A stretch of DNA of 64,000 bases from the human T2T-CHM13v2.0 reference genome, Homo sapiens, in assembly GCF_009914755.1 (NCBI RefSeq), contig NC_060931.1; one strand, written 5' to 3'. This document shows, piece after piece, positions 15,134 to 27,930 of the stretch (the first letter of the stretch is position 1; each line of letters starts with the position of its first letter). The notes beneath the pieces were generated by a model. The model was not told the DNA's origin, ran no database searches, and was given only the letters and a program-made list of their open reading frames with translations. The position numbers were made by a program, and so were the translations under genes.

Positions 15134-18100
15134 CTAGTCGGCAAATCGCTGCAGGAGACGGTCCTCCCGTCTCAGGCTGCCGCCCGCGCCGCCGCCCGCA
15201 CTGTCCATGAAGCGGTCGCAGGGGAATTCGATGAGGTCCGCCTCACTGAGCGCGCACACGGTGGTGCGTGGCCGGTGCGACTGGAATCCCGAGAAGTCGG
15301 CGGACACGCCGGTGCCCATGGAGCGCAGGGGCCGTCGGGTGGAGTACATGTGCCGAACGTGGACCGGGGCCCCGCCCTTCCGCCTAGCCCGCAGTTTCCT
15401 ACGCAGCCAGCGAGACGCCCAGGCCGCCAAGGCCAGGAGCACCAGCAGCGCGTTGACCGTCAGCAGGGCCAAGGTCAGCAGCTGGTAGTCGACGCCGCCC
15501 CGGCTCCCGGCCTCCGGTAGGGTGACCAGCCCCGCGCAGTGGTCCCGGGGAGCCACAGGGCAGACACGGCCCCCAAGCACGCCCTCCACGCACACCAGGT
15601 AGGGGGTGTCCCCGCGCAGCTCGCGCAGCGTGGCCGAGTCGCTGCTCTCAGGCAGGTAGACGAAGCGGTGGAACTTGGGCTGCTGGCCAAAGCGGTCAAA
15701 GAGCAGGCGGAAGCGCGCGCCGCCCAGCGGCCGGGGACTGCGGTGCTCGCGCACGGCCCAGCGCACCGAGGCGCTGTCTGCGCCCACCGCCTCCACCGTC
15801 AGGTTGCACAGAATGAACTTGTTGAAGTCGCATGGGTCGGACACCAGCGGCGGCAGCCCGGCCCCACCGTCGGACTGGGCGGCACGCTCCTGGTGCTCCG
15901 TGCCCAGACGATGCTTCGTCGCGCGCTGCCAGGGGTCGCCGGCGGGCGATGGCGCAGAGCCAGGAGAGGCCGTTGGGGTGGGCTCCGCGAGGGCGGGATC
16001 TGCCCGAGTCGGACGGCCCCGCTGGGGCTTCTTGTGCAGGTCTAGGGACTGTGGAGCCGGGCCCGCGGCGGCAGCGACGGAGGGGCTGGGCTGCTGGAGG
16101 CCCGGGCCCCGCCGACTCAGCCTTAGAGCGCTGCGGTTGCCTACCAGCTCCCTGGCGGCCCCATCCCAGGCCACCCCAGCTAGAAATCGCCCCTGCTGCT
16201 GGAGCTGCGGCTGCGGCGGCAGCTCCTCCGCGAGACCTGCAGGTGGCGTCATCTCCTCCCCTGCGGCCGTGGGTAGGGGCTGCCGCCTGCGGTCAGCGGT
16301 CAGGGAAGCTGAGGGCGAGGGATCCGCGCAGGATCCATTTTGCAGCTGCTGGTCATCCAGGTAATCCAGGTATTTGCCTCGCAGGGCCGGGGGGTGGCGA
16401 CACTGCACGAAGACAGTGAGGAGCCGGCCCTGCGAGTGCCAGTCGCCCATCCAGCGCTTCAGGCCTCGCAGCCGGCAGTCGCAGGTCCAGCCGTTGCCGT
16501 CTAGATCCAGCCGATAAAGGGCTGGGCTGGCGGCGAAGATGTCCCCGGATAGGGCGCTGAGCGCGTTGTTGCGCAGGCTGAGCTCGCGCAGCCGGCCCAG
16601 GTGGCCGAAGGTGGCCGGGTGCAGGGCGGACAGCTCATTGCCGCTCAGGTCCAGCGCCTCCAGGCTGTGCAGAGGCTCCAGCAGCGCAGTTGGCAGCTGG
16701 CTCAGCCGATTACCCTCCAGGCGCAGCTCGCGCAGGGCCTCCAAGCCCCAAAAGGCCTCAGGCGCGAGGTGCGTGAGCTGGTTGCCCCTGAGCGAGAGCA
16801 GGCCGAGACGTGGCAGGTGCTGGAAGATGCGCGGCCCGAGGTGCTGCAGGCTGTTGGCCGAGAGGATGAGGGAGGAGAGGGAGCGCAGCGGTGCGAAGGT
16901 GGCCGCGTGGCGCAGGGAGGGCTGTAGCTCGTTGGCAGAGAGGTTGAGGAAGCGCAGCTTGCCTAGCTGGGCGAAGGCGTTCTTGCCCAGAAAGCGGATC
17001 CGGTTGGACTCCAGATGTAGGTAGAGCAGGTTGCCCAAGGGAGCGAAGACCGCGTCCGGCAGCGCCCCCAGGGCGTTCCCGTCCAGCCGCAGCTTGACTA
17101 GACTCTCCAGGCCCTCGAAGGAGCCGCGGCTTAGGCGGCTGATCTCGTTCCCGTTGGCGTAGAGGATGCGCAGCTTGCGCAGCGGGGCCAGCGTGCCCGG
17201 GGCGAGCGCCTGCAAGAGGTTGTTCCCCAGGTACAGCTCTTCCAGCCGCGAGAGCTTCTCGAAGGTCTTGGGGTGCAGAGAGCGGATCTGGTTGTACTGC
17301 AGGTCCAGCCGTCTGAGCTGCCCCAGACGGTGGAAGTCGAAGGCCGTGATGTTGGTTATGAAGTTGCCGCCGAGGCTGTAGGTGAGCACGTCGTGGGGGC
17401 TCGGCAGCGAGCTGGTCTTGGGCACTACGCGGAGCCCCCTGTTGGTGCACAGGAGATGCTGGGGATGCTGGCAGTCGCAGCGCTCCGGGCACACGGGCTC
17501 GGCCAGCGGCGGGAGCGCGAGGCAGCCGCACACCACGAGCAGGAGGCGCAAGGCGCGGGCAGCCTCCATCGCCTCCCGCCCTGCGTGCAGCGGCCGGATC
17601 GTCCTCTTGGCCCGCCGGCTCTGTGTCTCCTCTGCATTCCCCTTAGCCTGGCCAGAGTCGCTAAATGGCCTGTTTCGGACTTCGCAGCGCCGTCCAGCCC
17701 CTCCTCCGTCCTTTGTCCGGAGGCCGGCCCGGGTCTCTGCAGGCGGGCTTCGCCCGGCCAAGTCAGGCGGCGCGGGGCGCTCTGCAGACCCCGGGTACTA
17801 CTTGTTGCATTTCTGTATAAAACTGTTTCTCCGGGTGCGCGTCGGCGGGCGGGAGGAGGGAGCAAGACCCGGCGCTTTTTGTTTGCAGCTGAGTCCGGAG
17901 AGCTGGATTCCCTGGCGCGGATTCTCCCAGCCGAGTGGATTCCCCAGCTGCAGGCGGGAGCCGTTCCAAGAGCTTCGCGGGGCGCGGCTTGGCAGCAGAG
18001 CCCCGGCTGCTCGGCCCCCGCAGACGGCACCTTCTCGCTCGCGGTCCCGGACGGGGAGGGCGGCTCCAGTGCAATAGCTCGGGGAGCACGCGGGCTGCGT

Positions 18101-18520
18101 CCGGAAGGGACCCAAGTCTGCGAGCGGAGAGCAAACGGGGCGGAAATTCGTTCTTCCCACACTCTGCCCGCGGGGACGCAGGCGGAGAAAGAGGAGACGG
18201 CAGAGGGAGGACAGACCCCGGCAGGGGGAGGAGGAAACACTAAGTGGCTCCGCGTCTGGTCAGCCCGGGCCCGGGATGCCAAGTGAGAAAAGTAGGGATT
18301 AAAAACAGCTGTACGGGTCGGACACGCTAGGCCGGGGGCGGGGGAGGATTACCGGGCTAGCAAACGGGATTTGCAGACAGAGACCTTTTTATTTTAGACG
18401 AGTACACCAGCCGCTTCTGAGCAGTGGGAGCGCGCCTGGCCTTCCTCGTTGTTAAGTCACTTGCTCTTCCAGGTGCCACCCTGCGGGAAGTTTGGGCAGC
18501 ACGGAGTCCGCCAGCATTCT
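15100..18520. promoter_or_regulatory. CpG island covering the TRIL promoter, leader and whole ORF
   Basis: Very high GC and dense CpG against AT-rich flanks; GC boxes such as GGGGCGGGGG near 18335. Confidence 0.9.
15134..17569 (-). CDS. TRIL: TLR4 interactor with leucine-rich repeats; single-exon, 811 aa type I membrane protein
   Basis: ATG at 17569 in strong Kozak context (GCGATGG) opens MEAARALRLLLVVCGCLALPPLA (signal peptide). Then LRRNT (CPERCDC), about 12-13 LxxLxLxxNxL repeats, LRRCT (NGWTCDC), a Pro/Ala-rich linker, an FN3 domain, TM helix LLTLALLTVNALLVLLALAAWA and a tail ending RFAD. 2436 nt = 811 aa + stop. The ORF track's extra 64 codons start at a TTG. Confidence 0.97.
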   Translation of the reverse strand: MEAARALRLLLVVCGCLALPPLAEPVCPERCDCQHPQHLLCTNRGLRVVPKTSSLPSPHDVLTYSLGGNFITNITAFDFHRLGQLRRLDLQYNQIRSLHPKTFEKLSRLEELYLGNNLLQALAPGTLAPLRKLRILYANGNEISRLSRGSFEGLESLVKLRLDGNALGALPDAVFAPLGNLLYLHLESNRIRFLGKNAFAQLGKLRFLNLSANELQPSLRHAATFAPLRSLSSLILSANSLQHLGPRIFQHLPRLGLLSLRGNQLTHLAPEAFWGLEALRELRLEGNRLSQLPTALLEPLHSLEALDLSGNELSALHPATFGHLGRLRELSLRNNALSALSGDIFAASPALYRLDLDGNGWTCDCRLRGLKRWMGDWHSQGRLLTVFVQCRHPPALRGKYLDYLDDQQLQNGSCADPSPSASLTADRRRQPLPTAAGEEMTPPAGLAEELPPQPQLQQQGRFLAGVAWDGAARELVGNRSALRLSRRGPGLQQPSPSVAAAAGPAPQSLDLHKKPQRGRPTRADPALAEPTPTASPGSAPSPAGDPWQRATKHRLGTEHQERAAQSDGGAGLPPLVSDPCDFNKFILCNLTVEAVGADSASVRWAVREHRSPRPLGGARFRLLFDRFGQQPKFHRFVYLPESSDSATLRELRGDTPYLVCVEGVLGGRVCPVAPRDHCAGLVTLPEAGSRGGVDYQLLTLALLTVNALLVLLALAAWASRWLRRKLRARRKGGAPVHVRHMYSTRRPLRSMGTGVSADFSGFQSHRPRTTVCALSEADLIEFPCDRFMDSAGGGAGGSLRREDRLLQRFAD

Positions 18521-19292
18521 ACAGGAAGTTTGGGGGAGCACAAGGTTGCCTGCAGAAGGCCATCAGAAGAGGGTAGGTGAACCCAGTCTGACAGTTGCTG
18601 CTTGGCTTTTGACGTCGTTGGACTAGTAGCTGAGGAGAGGCACCACCCCCTTTTAGGTGTCTGAAGGGAGTATTTACTCCATCCTGCTGTGGGCTAGAAC
18701 ATGAAGAAATCACAGAACTGGTTCTGCCAACATGAAAGTGTCTCTGCCACATTTTGGTGATTCAGTCGCATTAACTCTCCTACAGTAATAGAGCCCCTGG
18801 GGTAGGCTCTGCTCGTGTGCACATACATAATAACCTTCACAGATCCTAAGGTAAACGTTCCTTGCAGGGCCCTCCTGCTTTACGCCTGGACTTGCAGTGA
18901 TCTTCAAAGTCTTTAGGCCCAAAAATGTTCAGGCCTGGCTCAGTTGGGGAAGCATTATTATTTATTATCTCTAGGGAATGGAGCATTTAATCAACGGCTC
19001 CTTTGGGATCAGCCCCTGCTGAGAATGAGAATACACAAGGAGGAGTTGTTAATTATTAATTATTGTTTCTTTATATAAACCATCTTGCTAAAAAATAAGG
19101 GCCTTTCCCCTATCCAAGGTGTTGAGAAAACGTAAGTTTTGAGAACGTACTCTGCAACAATGTGGAAAATTAAAGGAAAGATACAGATCCTCACCTGAAG
19201 ACAATGACAATCTAGTGGGAAGGGCAATGAATGCATTGAAAGGTTAGATAATAATATAAGGCAGTAATAGAGAACACCACAAAAACAAAAAT

Positions 19293-19580
19293 TATTTTTT
19301 TTGAGATGGGATCTCACTCTGTTGCCCAGGCTGGAGTGCAGTGGCATAATCTCCGTTCAATGCAGCCATGACCTCCAGGGCTCAAGTGATCTGCCCACCT
19401 CAGCTTCCCTAATAGCTGGGACTAACAGGCCCTTGTCACAATGACCAGCTAATTTTTGTATTTTTTATAAAGGGGGAGTTTTGCCATGTTGCCAGGCTGG
19501 CATCGAACTCCTGGTCTCAAGCGATCCTCCCACCTTGGCCTCCCAAAGTGCTAGGATTACAGGTATGAGCCACACCACAC
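19293..19580 (-). mobile_element. AluJ-like element
   Basis: Reverse-complement two-arm Alu. Confidence 0.9.
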
Positions 19581-20855
19581 AGGGTGACAAATGATTTTTA
19601 ATAATTCTATGTTTCACAGTAATTGCCCCATTTAGCAATTAATATAGTCAAGTGATAGAGGGAAGTTCTGAATTTAGAGAAAGATGAGATCGTTGGCAGG
19701 GTAGTCAGTGGTGACTTCGTGGGTGAGCAGGGACCTTGGCTTTGCAGGGAGGTGAGTCAATGATAATTCCAGGAGATGAGCGCTGAGGGGTGGAGCTGTG
19801 ATAGTCCTGAGGAGCAGCACCTGGCCTGAGAGTGTGAGGAAGGCGTCTAGAAGAGGGGAAACCTGTGCTGAGTTTGAGGGGTGAGTGGTATTACCTAGAG
19901 GAAGGTGAGCAGACGCTCAAGGAGGAGAAGCCTGGGGACACATGCAAGGAGGGATTTAGAAACCTCCACATCTTCTGTCTGCATATTTAGGGTGAGCTTT
20001 ATTAACTTATTCTTTAACAGTATCATACACCCTAGCTTATACAGTGACTTGAAATAAATATTCCTTTATTCCCCTTTAAGGATTTCAGCAGGTAGCTGAT
20101 GTAATCATATTTGCACTACAACCTCAAGAGGAATCTCTGCCTAAATAAACAAAGTAGGTGCTATACAAAAAAAATGTTGTCTTCCTAGTTCTTGCCTTCT
20201 AGGTCCTTGAAATCTGTGACAGCAATAGGTGTGAGATGTGTGGATAGAGCATCCAGACTGAGGCATTCAGCTATACCACGTACATAGGCATCTTGTAGAT
20301 ACTGTGAATGCATCTCCTCAACCAGGCCAATGTGGGCGCTGTCTGTGGACCTTGTGCTTTACAGGGCTGTGTTCCAGTCCTCCTCTGGTTGTGCACCTTC
20401 CAATAAGAGCAGGATTTCAGGCCTCAAAGGAGATGTGCACACCCATACCCCGCTTCCTACTCAGAGTTCTCTAGACCCTGGAATTCCCTGTGTAACTGCC
20501 TAAGTATATATAGGCTGCCTTCACATCTGTTTTCCTAGTGGCCAGTCATGCCACAAGTGTGTATACTCCTAGGGCCAAGGGAAGACCAAGGGGGCAGCTA
20601 TGCAAAAAAGAATCTGGAGATGCAGGCTGGAGTTTCCACTGGCAGGCCCCCAGAAGACCCCTCATAATGCAGGAGCCAGAGCTGGGAAGGACAGCCGTGG
20701 GCCAGTGAGTGACCTTTCACACTCTAATCCTGGGCTTCTTAAATTTTGAAGACAGGCCTGTCTATATGCAGCTGTTTTTGGAGGGGAGAAAGTAAATGTA
20801 CTTTGATTTTAGAAAGTACAAGAAGAAAAAAATCAGGAGTTTGAAGGAAAGTGGG

Positions 20856-21110
20856 TTTTTTGTTTTGTTTTGTTTTTTTCCTCACTGCAATCTCTGCCTC
20901 CCAGGTTCAAGCAATTCTCCTGCCTCAAGCCTCCTGAGTAGCTGGAATTACAGGCGTGCACCACCACACCTAGCTAATTTTTGTATTTTTAGTAGAGAGA
21001 GAGTTTCACCATGTTAGTCAGGCTGGTCTCAAACTCCTGACCTCAGGTGATCCACCCCCCTCGGCCTCCCAAGGTGCCAGGATTATAGGCGTGAGCTACC
21101 ACGCCTGGCT
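20856..21110 (-). mobile_element. AluS with deletion next to the tail
   Basis: Reverse-complement Alu flanked by ggaaagtgggtttttt / ggaaagcggttttt. Confidence 0.88.
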
Positions 21111-24100
21111 GGAAAGCGGTTTTTAGAAATGTAAGTTCTACTTTATTATAACATAGGCTGTGCTTAATTTTCTATAAAAAGCAATACTTTTTAGTAAAAG
21201 CAAGGACACTATTGTCTCTAGGTAAATGAATGTCTCTTAACTGTGTAATGTCTTTGTTAATGGATGGATCCCCACTTGATCAGGTTCTAGGAGATTCAAG
21301 TATTGGTTACACTTAAGTGTATAATTTGCATAATCACAACTGGAAATCCAGGAAGGAATGCCATTCATGAGAGAAGACAAGAGCTTTGTCATTTCACTTT
21401 TGGAAAGCTTGCACTTTAAATCTCAAGTGCACTGCAGGGTAGTTTCAGAGGTCAGAAGCACAAATGTGTTTGGGCTGGGTCCATGGCACATACATGTGGC
21501 GTAAGGGCTCTCAGGGGTCTTGCCCAGGCATGGAATCTTCTCAGGCTTGCCACGGTTGTGCACCTGTGTCTTCCCAAGCAACCTGTGGTTCCCTTGAACT
21601 TCAGCTACAGAGGTATGAAGGATTCCAGGCCATGTCTTCAGCAGCTCCTGGAGCTGGCAGGAGTTGGTCAGGCAGTGCCCTAGTGCGGGATGGGTAAGGG
21701 GGAGGAGAGGTCTGGCTGCAGGGGGTGCGAGGAGGTGGAGCCAGCCCAGTTCTGCTGGAGCAGCATCCTGGAGCTTACTCAGGCAGCCTGCAGGAATGGT
21801 AGCAGTCTCCTCCCCTCATGGGAGCCAAACCCAGACAGGCAGTGTGGCCCCTGACACAGACGAAGTAGGAAACAGGAGACTCCCCAGTGATTAGCTGGCA
21901 TATTATCAAATGTCCCCCAAAGTTGTCTTTCTCTCTATGAGCTGCATCTTAGCCCCAGCCTGAGAGACAAGTTTATTGTCCTCGGGATCAGGAATGCGAA
22001 TGAGATACCCACTGGTTTACAGAATATCCACCAATTCTCCATTTCCTGGGAAATACAGGAATGCAGGTCCCTGGCTAGGTACGAGCCTTATTAAATCAGA
22101 ATCTCTGGGCAGCAAAGCTGTGGCATCTGCATTTGTAAGCTACCAGATGATTTTTATGCACACTCAAGTTTGAGAAAACCAATAGACAGTGCTTCAAAAC
22201 ACCTATTTATGACTGGCTGATCATGTAACAACAATAATAATATAATAATAACCGGCACTTATGTAGTGCTTAGTGAGGGCCAGGCAGTGATCTAAGCACT
22301 CTACATAAAATAACTCATTTACTTCCATAACTACCTGGTGGGGTAGAAATGATTATTGTCTTCATTTTACAGAGAGCTCTTTAAAAATATAGGATCCTAG
22401 CCCCACCCCCAGAAAATCAGATTTGGAACCTTCAGAATAGAGCCTAGAGATTTTATTTAGCACGTTACCAGGTATTGCCTGGTGAAGACCCAAGCTTAGG
22501 AACTGCTAAACTAGAATTTGTAAGGGCTTACTGAGACATTTCAGTATCTCCTTTGCTGGGAGGCTGACGATAGAAAGAGGAATAAGACAAAGCCGGTGCC
22601 TTCAGAGAGCTCAGCATGGCTGGGAAGATGAATGTACAAAAGCCAATAATCCGGAAGGATAGTACCATCCTAGGGTAATACAATGAGAATAATATGCTAT
22701 AATAGCAATTATTTTTCGAGAGGAAAATAAGGAAGAACGAAAACCTCTGTGGAAAGCGAACATGTGTATGTGTCTCAGGCCATTTACAAAGTGACTGTTC
22801 CAACACTCTGGATTTTTACGTCCAAGGAAAATCCTTATCCATCAGTTCAAAGAAACCTGATTGTTTGAAACCAACATATAAACAGACTGTGGATCTGCAA
22901 GAACTACAGTGAACTGTAGGCACTTCTGGCAAGCCAAAAGGGCAAGGCAGATGTGGAATGAGTATAATGACTTAGGGAGTAAGGCAGATCCAAATGTTGT
23001 TTATGGTTACAGTATGGAGTTTGTTTACATGTAACTGAAATTTTATAGCAGTAATATAATGTTGTCTTCCCTTAAAATGAAATTGAGTCAGTAGCCTTAG
23101 GAGATGCTGTAGGTACAAATGTATCTCTTAAGTACTGAAATATTTGTCCTGTCTGGGAACCAGAACGGTAATTGTATTTTATGATACCACTTGCCACTAT
23201 TCTTTTATTGGGCCTTCTCCACATGACACTAATAACATTTATTTAGCCATTTATATCCCCACGAAACTGGAAGGGCAATAGCCTTGTTTTATTTCATTTT
23301 TGTGGTGCTCAGCAACTGTTGTTGAATTGTCAAAGTTTTAGTAAAGATAAGGAAAAGAAACAAAATAAAAATGTTAACAGTTACTATCTTTAGGTGGCGA
23401 GAAAATACATGTTTTCATTCTACTTTTTGTTATTTTCTAAATGGTATACAAATACTATGTATTTCTTCAAAATTATTTTTTAAATTTTAATAAGTTTTCC
23501 TGTCTAATATCTGGTTTTAACATCCATCTAAATCTCAGGAGAGAATTAGGTGAGGATTATTCATATCCCCAGTTTGGAGGAGAGGATGCTAAGAGCTAGA
23601 GAGGTTAGCTAACTTCTGGAATGATCCACCACTGTAATGGGAGAGTGCAGACCACGACAGAAACAGATGAGCCTCAGCAGGCTCCCCATTGATATCTGCC
23701 TGTATGTACAACCAGTGGGGCCAGTTCTGTGTGATATTCAAAATATTTAACAACTGGTACAGCAAGGGCACTGGCTAGTCAGGTTTGGGCACTGACTGGT
23801 CAGGAAAGACAACAGCCAGGAACAACCAGCCCTGCTGTGCCAGTGTCCAGCAGCTTCAGGTGGACTCACCTGTACTTGATTCAAATTTCTGAATGGTGCT
23901 TTAGATGTAACACTTTTTTCTTCGTAATGATGTTATTTAAAACAATTTGCATGAAGCTTGGGCACAATAATCAGTAACCATGAGAAACAACACACAGAGG
24001 CTTCTTGGGTCCAAATGCTTCCAAATTGTAAACTTGCCTGGGGCCTACGTCTCTGGGCCCAAGTTCATCACAGTCATTCATACTCAACAATAGCACGTTG

Positions 24101-24337
24101 AGAGGGTGAAGATGATTAACTTTGACAAAAGCGTGAGTTTTATTTTCAATTTATAAATCAGAAATGGTATCCCACTGTCTTCAGGGAGCTGACATATACT
24201 CAAAGGGAATTTAATTCTTTAAAAGTTCTATTGTTTCACAACTTGATCTGAATTGTTATAATTAATGGCTTAAAACTGTTTGTAGGAGGTCACCTCTATC
24301 TCTTTTGAAGAGTATCAGCTTAACAGATAAGCAATTC

Positions 24338-24655
<318 letters not shown>

Positions 24656-27600
24656 TCATCCTGTAAATTTTCAAATATTTATTATCCAAACCTGGATGGT
24701 GCATGGGTCCTTCCTTCCCTCCCCTAGAGCTGCAGATGTCTCCTTATTCTAATGTCACTGTATAGGGCCCAAATAAGGGAGGCAGCTTTAGACCCATGCT
24801 GCCGAAAACTGGGGCTTTATCCTGGCAAGAAACGTTCTGTCAGTCTCAGTAATGAAAACAATCTTGGACAGTTAAATAATTGACTCTATACAGTGTAAAT
24901 ACCCTAAAAGTGTTTGCAGATTTCATCAAAAGGCCAAATCTTCTTTTACTTAAAACCAGGAACATGGCAGGAAAGGAAATGAGAGGAAGGAAGCATCCAT
25001 CTCCTTTTCAGTCTCTGTAATTTTCTATGAAGATTTGCACTTTGATTATGCTTAGTAACACCATATGCTGGAGTGGGACGCAAGATCAAAGCCTCCACAC
25101 ATAGCACTGGAGTCCTTGCTGTAGGCAGGAGCAAATATTTCTGTTGGTAGAATGCTAATAGATCCATAATGACACTCCCAGCCCCCCATTCATCCCTACT
25201 TCATATCCAAAATATAATTGAGAAACCTCAAACATGAATGCTTCCATCATCTTTTTCTTTGTCTGCTGTAATATGTTGTAGATTGAAAAAGGAAAATGTG
25301 TTGTTACCACTTAGATATTTGGAACTGAAGAATGTTCAAAAGCTTAATGTAAGTGATCAGGTTTTATAGCGTTCATGGCTTTAGAAATTTGGAGGATAAG
25401 AGTTTGCTGAACACTGCTTTTCTTTGGTTGGTGAGACTGCAGATATTTTTTCTTCATTTTATTTTTCTCTACAATCAAAATTTTTTTACAGTGAATGTTT
25501 GTTTTTGTAGCTAAAAATCTTTGGTAAAAAATGTATATGATGCCATTCATATCAACTCTTGCTTTCTCCATTGCCCTGCCATGCCCTGCCATGCCCTGCT
25601 TCATTACAAATGTCTTTCTTAGAAACATTTTTTAAACATCTATCTTGGTACTAGAAATAACCTTGGTTAGTCAGACAATTTATTGTATACAGTGTAAAAC
25701 CCCAGAGGCATTTGCAAATGTCATTTTTTAAAAAAATCCAATGCTTGTCATAAACTACCCATGTGGTGTATGTGGGGTCCACTTGCTGTGTTTCTTGCCC
25801 TTGAGCCACATCACAGTCTCCCTGATCAGTTGCTCATTTTCCCATCTATAAAAAGGGAGAAATCATACTTGCCCACTGTAAGAGTTTTGTAAAATGTATG
25901 TGAAACTGCTTAGAACACAACAAATGGTATGAACATAGAATTGTTGCCAACATTTCAACCTCATGCGTGTTTTTTCAATGAGAATCTGAGGTCCTTGAGG
26001 GCAGAACCAAGTCTTTTGCACAGTTTCGTAGTGTTCTCTGTAACATCCAACATAGGGTCTTTTCTGAAACTGTAGGTCTTTAATAAATGTTAGGTTGAGC
26101 AAAACACAAGGAGGAGGAAGCCACATTCCCAGGTAACTGGCTTTACTGTCTTTCCTTGTACATCTGTTTCCATCTTATTATGGTTTCATAGCCCTTCTCC
26201 AGGCCACCTGGGCCCAGAGCACACATCTTCGGCCCACAGGTTCTCTCTGGATAGCTGCATAGACAGGCCTGGATTCTGGGCCAGCTCTGCAGTCATTGAG
26301 CTCACAGGGCAAATCACTTGACGGTGCTGGACATTAGTTTCTTGCTGTCTGATGTAATGTCCATGATGATACATCAATGTTTGCCCAGAAGGTTCTTGTC
26401 ATCATTAGTGGCCCTTGAGTTATGAAAAGATGACATGTAAAGGAAAGGAGCCAGTAGTCAGACTGGCCCTCAATACCATGTCTAAGTCTTGGAGATTCAC
26501 AGTGCGCAATAGCACATACAAAGCTTTGAGAAATCTTACAGAAAACAAAGAAAGAAATGGGGGATGGGAGATAGAACTGTTGACCTAGTTTGAGGAACAC
26601 TGGGTTACATGTTTTCAAAGAGCCCTTCTAGCTTTAAACAGTAAGGAATTGACTGCATTTCTTCAATGGAACATTTTGAATTCATTGAAATTTGTTGATG
26701 TTACAGTTCTTTGAATACAATACAGTGTTTTACATAAAATTGTCACATTCTACAATGGAAGGTGCTTTTCCACGTTGTGCTTGACCAATTCAACAACTCA
26801 TGGTATCCAACCAGTTTAACATTAATCCACAGTGAGCAGGATAATATTTACTGAAGTTGTCTCCAGTCTCTCACAGTTCTGGAAAGCTTCTTTGCTTTGT
26901 CCCCAAGCTGTCACTCAAACTAGCAAATTATTAGACGTTTCTTTCCATCAGGATATAGGTGTTAGAACCCCATAGTTGAAAGCACCGTTTGGCACATTAA
27001 CAATCTAGGCTAAATAACTGTTGACTCTTCAGAAGTATTATTTAGTCACCAGGCTAACATGGAAGGGGTGTTTCCTGGAAACTTAGCCATTTGGGAAGAA
27101 TTTCTATAGTTTCACTATTGAAATTCTTAATTAGCTACTGATACTAGCTAATTGAGCTAGTATCCTTGGGTTTAAGAACCTCATGGATAATCAGCAGGTG
27201 ACTCTCATTATTCCCTGAGTGATGGCATGTAAGCACCAGCTTAACTAAAGTTCCAGAGTGGTTTTCCATCTGAAACAGGTGGCTACAAACACCTGCCAGA
27301 GTAATAACCGTTAATGACTAGCGTTTACAGAGGGTTGATCATGTGCCAGGCACAGTTCTAAGCCCTCTACCAGTATTAAATCATTTAATCCCTCAAGGAC
27401 CCCTGAGGAAAGTACAGTTAGTCCCATCTATAGATAATGCTATCAAAGCAAAGAGAGATTAAGTAACTGGCATAAGGTCACACAGCTGGTAAGTGATGAC
27501 AATGCTGGGACTTGAATTAATATTTTCTGAAAATTTTTATGCATACTTTTCACAGGAATCTTTTATCACAGTGTCCTTGTCATAGCTAGAGTCACTGTTT

Positions 27601-27930
27601 GATACTTAACATTTTCCAGAATAAATCATCTGCCCATTCATACATACTGTTTGAACTGTAGCATTTTTAAATATGATTCTTTCAGTGGCAGTTTTCCACC
27701 TCACCAATACCTATTCTCACATATAATTAAGTTTGTTTTCTTCATTCCTACTGTAGGTGTGTATTCAGGATCTCCACAATATTACCACTTATTGTATTTC
27801 TTTCTCCTCCACCATTATATTTATTTTTAAATGAAGATTAGCTTTTTATTACAGAAGCAGTGTATGTACATTGTAGAAAGTCACAAAATAAAGATAACCA
27901 GCAAGAACATAAAACATTTTTTTCCCACCC

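Noticed and set aside
15134-17761. 875-aa version of TRIL from the ORF track
   Set aside because: Starts at TTG. The ATG at 17569 has a strong Kozak context, is followed by a signal peptide and gives the known 811 aa.
14665-18286. Many long alternative-frame and antisense ORFs around TRIL (e.g. 337 aa at 17273-18286, 257 aa at 16758-17531, 229 aa at 15675-16364)
   Set aside because: Expected from stop-codon scarcity in a GC-rich CpG island. Products are low-complexity Arg/Ala/Gly/Pro with no recognisable domain, and several start at non-ATG codons.
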